64,000 nt of DNA from assembly GCA_049438185.1 (NCBI GenBank), contig JBMTJI010000004.1:15947-79946 (forward strand). Reading direction: 5' to 3'. The notes under the pieces are model-generated. The model searched no databases. It saw only the letters and a list, made by a program, of their open reading frames with translations, and was not told where the DNA came from. Below, piece by piece: positions 62,450 through 64,000 of the stretch (its first letter is position 1; every line of letters starts with the position of its first letter). The stretch is from Candidatus Poseidoniaceae archaeon. Its GTDB lineage: Archaea > Thermoplasmatota > Poseidoniia > Poseidoniales > Poseidoniaceae. The translations under genes and the position numbers were made by a program.

Positions 62450-63145
62450 CTAACCAATTACAAGCCCCTTTGGAACAATTTGCCCATCATTTCGAAATTC
62501 GATTCCAGTGCAAAGAGCTATTTGTTTAGCTTTGTCATGGTCAGCACCATCCATGACTTTTGAGATTTCTATTTTCCAATCAACGCCCGATGTATTAAAT
62601 CCGTGAATGTGATACTTGTGGTAAGTCGTACCACTGCTGTTTGTCACAGTTGTGTTGCCGATTACTGGCCCTTTGCTGCGAAACGCTGTTTTGCGGTGAA
62701 TTGCTTTTGTGTCATGGTCAGTTCTCACAATGATATAATAATGGTAACTCAAGACTTTTGCCTCGGAAACCGATCTTCGAATTCTCTTCCAGACCTTACC
62801 TTGGAATGCTCGTTCAACAACGATAGAATCTTGACTGTGCTCTACTCGAAGTCGTAGAGTAGAATATTTGCGCAGGAACGATCGAATTAAGAAAAATGGA
62901 ATCGCAAAAAACGGGGCACCGAACACCACTGTAAACGAGAATCCTTCAAAGTACACAGATAAAAGAACAATTGCTCCAACGAACAAACAAAAAAATGAAA
63001 ACCCTGCAACGATAAGCATTCCAACCACAACAGGGCCAGTGTCTGGTTCTTTTGAAGTAATGTAGAAATCTTGCAGGGGTCCCGACTCACCTACCATGCT
63101 GGGTGGGCTTGGGACACTATCAATTAACATTTCAGTCGTTATCAT
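62450..63145 (-). CDS. Hypothetical membrane protein (TM hairpin plus a soluble C-terminal domain), island gene
   Basis: VVVGMLIVAGFSFFCLFVGAIVLLSVYF and FTVVFGAPFFAIPFFLI helices, then a His/Lys/Thr-rich soluble domain. No family recognised. Confidence 0.45.
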   Translation of the reverse strand: MITTEMLIDSVPSPPSMVGESGPLQDFYITSKEPDTGPVVVGMLIVAGFSFFCLFVGAIVLLSVYFEGFSFTVVFGAPFFAIPFFLIRSFLRKYSTLRLRVEHSQDSIVVERAFQGKVWKRIRRSVSEAKVLSYHYYIIVRTDHDTKAIHRKTAFRSKGPVIGNTTVTNSSGTTYHKYHIHGFNTSGVDWKIEISKVMDGADHDKAKQIALCTGIEFRNDGQIVPKGLVIG

Positions 63146-63184
63146 AGAATAATTAAGATATAATCATTGATCAGTGTTAATTCT

Positions 63185-63224
63185 AACGAATCAAAGGGTC
63201 TATGCACAAACCCAATGATTCGTT
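63185..63224. repeat. Hairpin repeat (copy 2), inverted relative to copy 1
   Basis: AACGAATCAAAGGG-tctatgcacaaa-CCCAATGATTCGTT. The 9-bp perfect outer stem is AACGAATCA/TGATTCGTT. The loop core TGCACAAA is shared with the reverse complement of copy 1. Confidence 0.7.
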
Positions 63225-63445
63225 TTGATATAATTAGAGGGGTCGCAGTGGGCTTTGTCATAGCCTATCCTATAATTGGGCATTCAATCAAAGGACGCCC
63301 ACTGATTAATATTCAAATTCAGTATTACTATTTTTCTTTTATCCGATTAGCTCAAGAGTCTTCAAAGAACGAGGATCAATAATCTGTTGATAAAATATCA
63401 CTGAGCAAAAATTAATTATTGTATTGAAATACAAAACAACGTAAT

Positions 63446-64000
63446 ATGTTAAAAAAGGCGGATATTCAGGAAATTGTAAAACGAAATATTGTGATATGTC
63501 TGTTTACCAATTTAATTGGGAAAAAGGAACTTTCTCCTCACCTTGTTATTGACAGATTGTGGTCTAACGAAGGAAGAAAAGGATCAGTCCTTCACGGGTT
63601 GCGAACTTCACTTGGATATTGCTGGGAGAAGATTGCAAATGAATTGGCTCAAAAAAATGGTTTTGATATTTCCTCTAAACACCTCAAGCCAAAAGAGCCT
63701 CCCGAAAAATTGCAAACTCTAATGGATAAATGGAAAAAAAATAGAATCGACAAAAACAAAGCCAATACCCCAATAAAACTCACTGATTATCGTAAAAAAC
63801 TCAACGATATGTTCTCTGAAGAAAATCTCCTCAGCGACGATGAATGTCAAAAATTCCCAAAGGGAAAGGGAAGTGATTTATTCTGGAAAAAAGGCGGGAA
63901 ATATTACATTTTTGACACTAAAACCGTCCAGATTAACGCTGATAGTGGCAATAAATTCGACGCAAACGTCATCGAATGGCTCGGTTTGCAGAAATGTAGA
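63446..64000 (+). CDS. Partial ORF (3' end outside the window), putative PD-(D/E)xK type II restriction-endonuclease-like protein
   Basis: Not in the supplied track. My manual translation from ATG 63446 gives 185 codons with no stop: MLKKADIQEIVKRN...GSDLFWKKGGKYYIFDTKTVQINADSGNKFDANVIEWLGLQKCR. D-x13-D-T-K is a candidate nuclease motif. The family assignment is tentative. Confidence 0.4.
   Translation, partial: MLKKADIQEIVKRNIVICLFTNLIGKKELSPHLVIDRLWSNEGRKGSVLHGLRTSLGYCWEKIANELAQKNGFDISSKHLKPKEPPEKLQTLMDKWKKNRIDKNKANTPIKLTDYRKKLNDMFSEENLLSDDECQKFPKGKGSDLFWKKGGKYYIFDTKTVQINADSGNKFDANVIEWLGLQKCR

Noticed and set aside
63167-63382. 71-aa TTG-initiated ORF in the island spacer
   Set aside because: It spans the hairpin and bipartite repeats, has an unlikely start and no RBS, and its sequence is low-complexity. 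The region is better explained as non-coding repeat or regulatory DNA.

Overview
This is a densely coding archaeal chromosomal segment. The archaeal assignment rests on gene content: an A1AO ATP synthase operon in the archaeal order atpH-I-K-E-C-F-A-B-D, aIF-2 gamma, ribosomal protein S6e, Orc1/Cdc6, Dph2 and an archaeal-type Hpt. GAGGTGA-like ribosome-binding sites and generally acidic proteins fit this.

The window also holds DNA gyrase, a class II HMG-CoA reductase, smc-scpA-scpB, an acyl-CoA dehydrogenase, and a block of membrane-anchored secreted peptidases with PKD domains. That combination suggests a Thermoplasmatota / marine-group-II-like euryarchaeote. This is inference from gene content only and nothing was searched.

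I call about 56 CDS, including two open-ended ones at the window edges. The 3' one (63446..>64000) is missing from the supplied ORF track. I saw no rRNA, tRNA or CRISPR array by eye.

Most of the window is housekeeping. Observations worth a second look:
- Three tandem KaiC-like genes, two with eroded P-loops.
- An M50 site-2-protease homologue that has lost all three zinc ligands, directly after the ATPase operon.
- A divergent intergenic region packed with TTAACG/CGTTAA motifs, next to a P-loop + winged-helix gene coupled to a beta-propeller-like gene.
- Canonical EF-hand loops in the GyrA C-terminal tail and in an acidic coiled-coil protein.
- A recurring C-terminal -EEE ending on unrelated proteins.
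- A visibly AT-rich island from about 60.95 kb to the window end. It holds three unrecognisable membrane proteins, a family of about 36-nt hairpin repeats, a shared bipartite upstream motif and a partial restriction-endonuclease-like ORF.

I did not recognise a clearly defined new system. The island and the ATPase/wHTH/propeller pair are the best candidates. All family calls come from motifs read by eye, not from searches.
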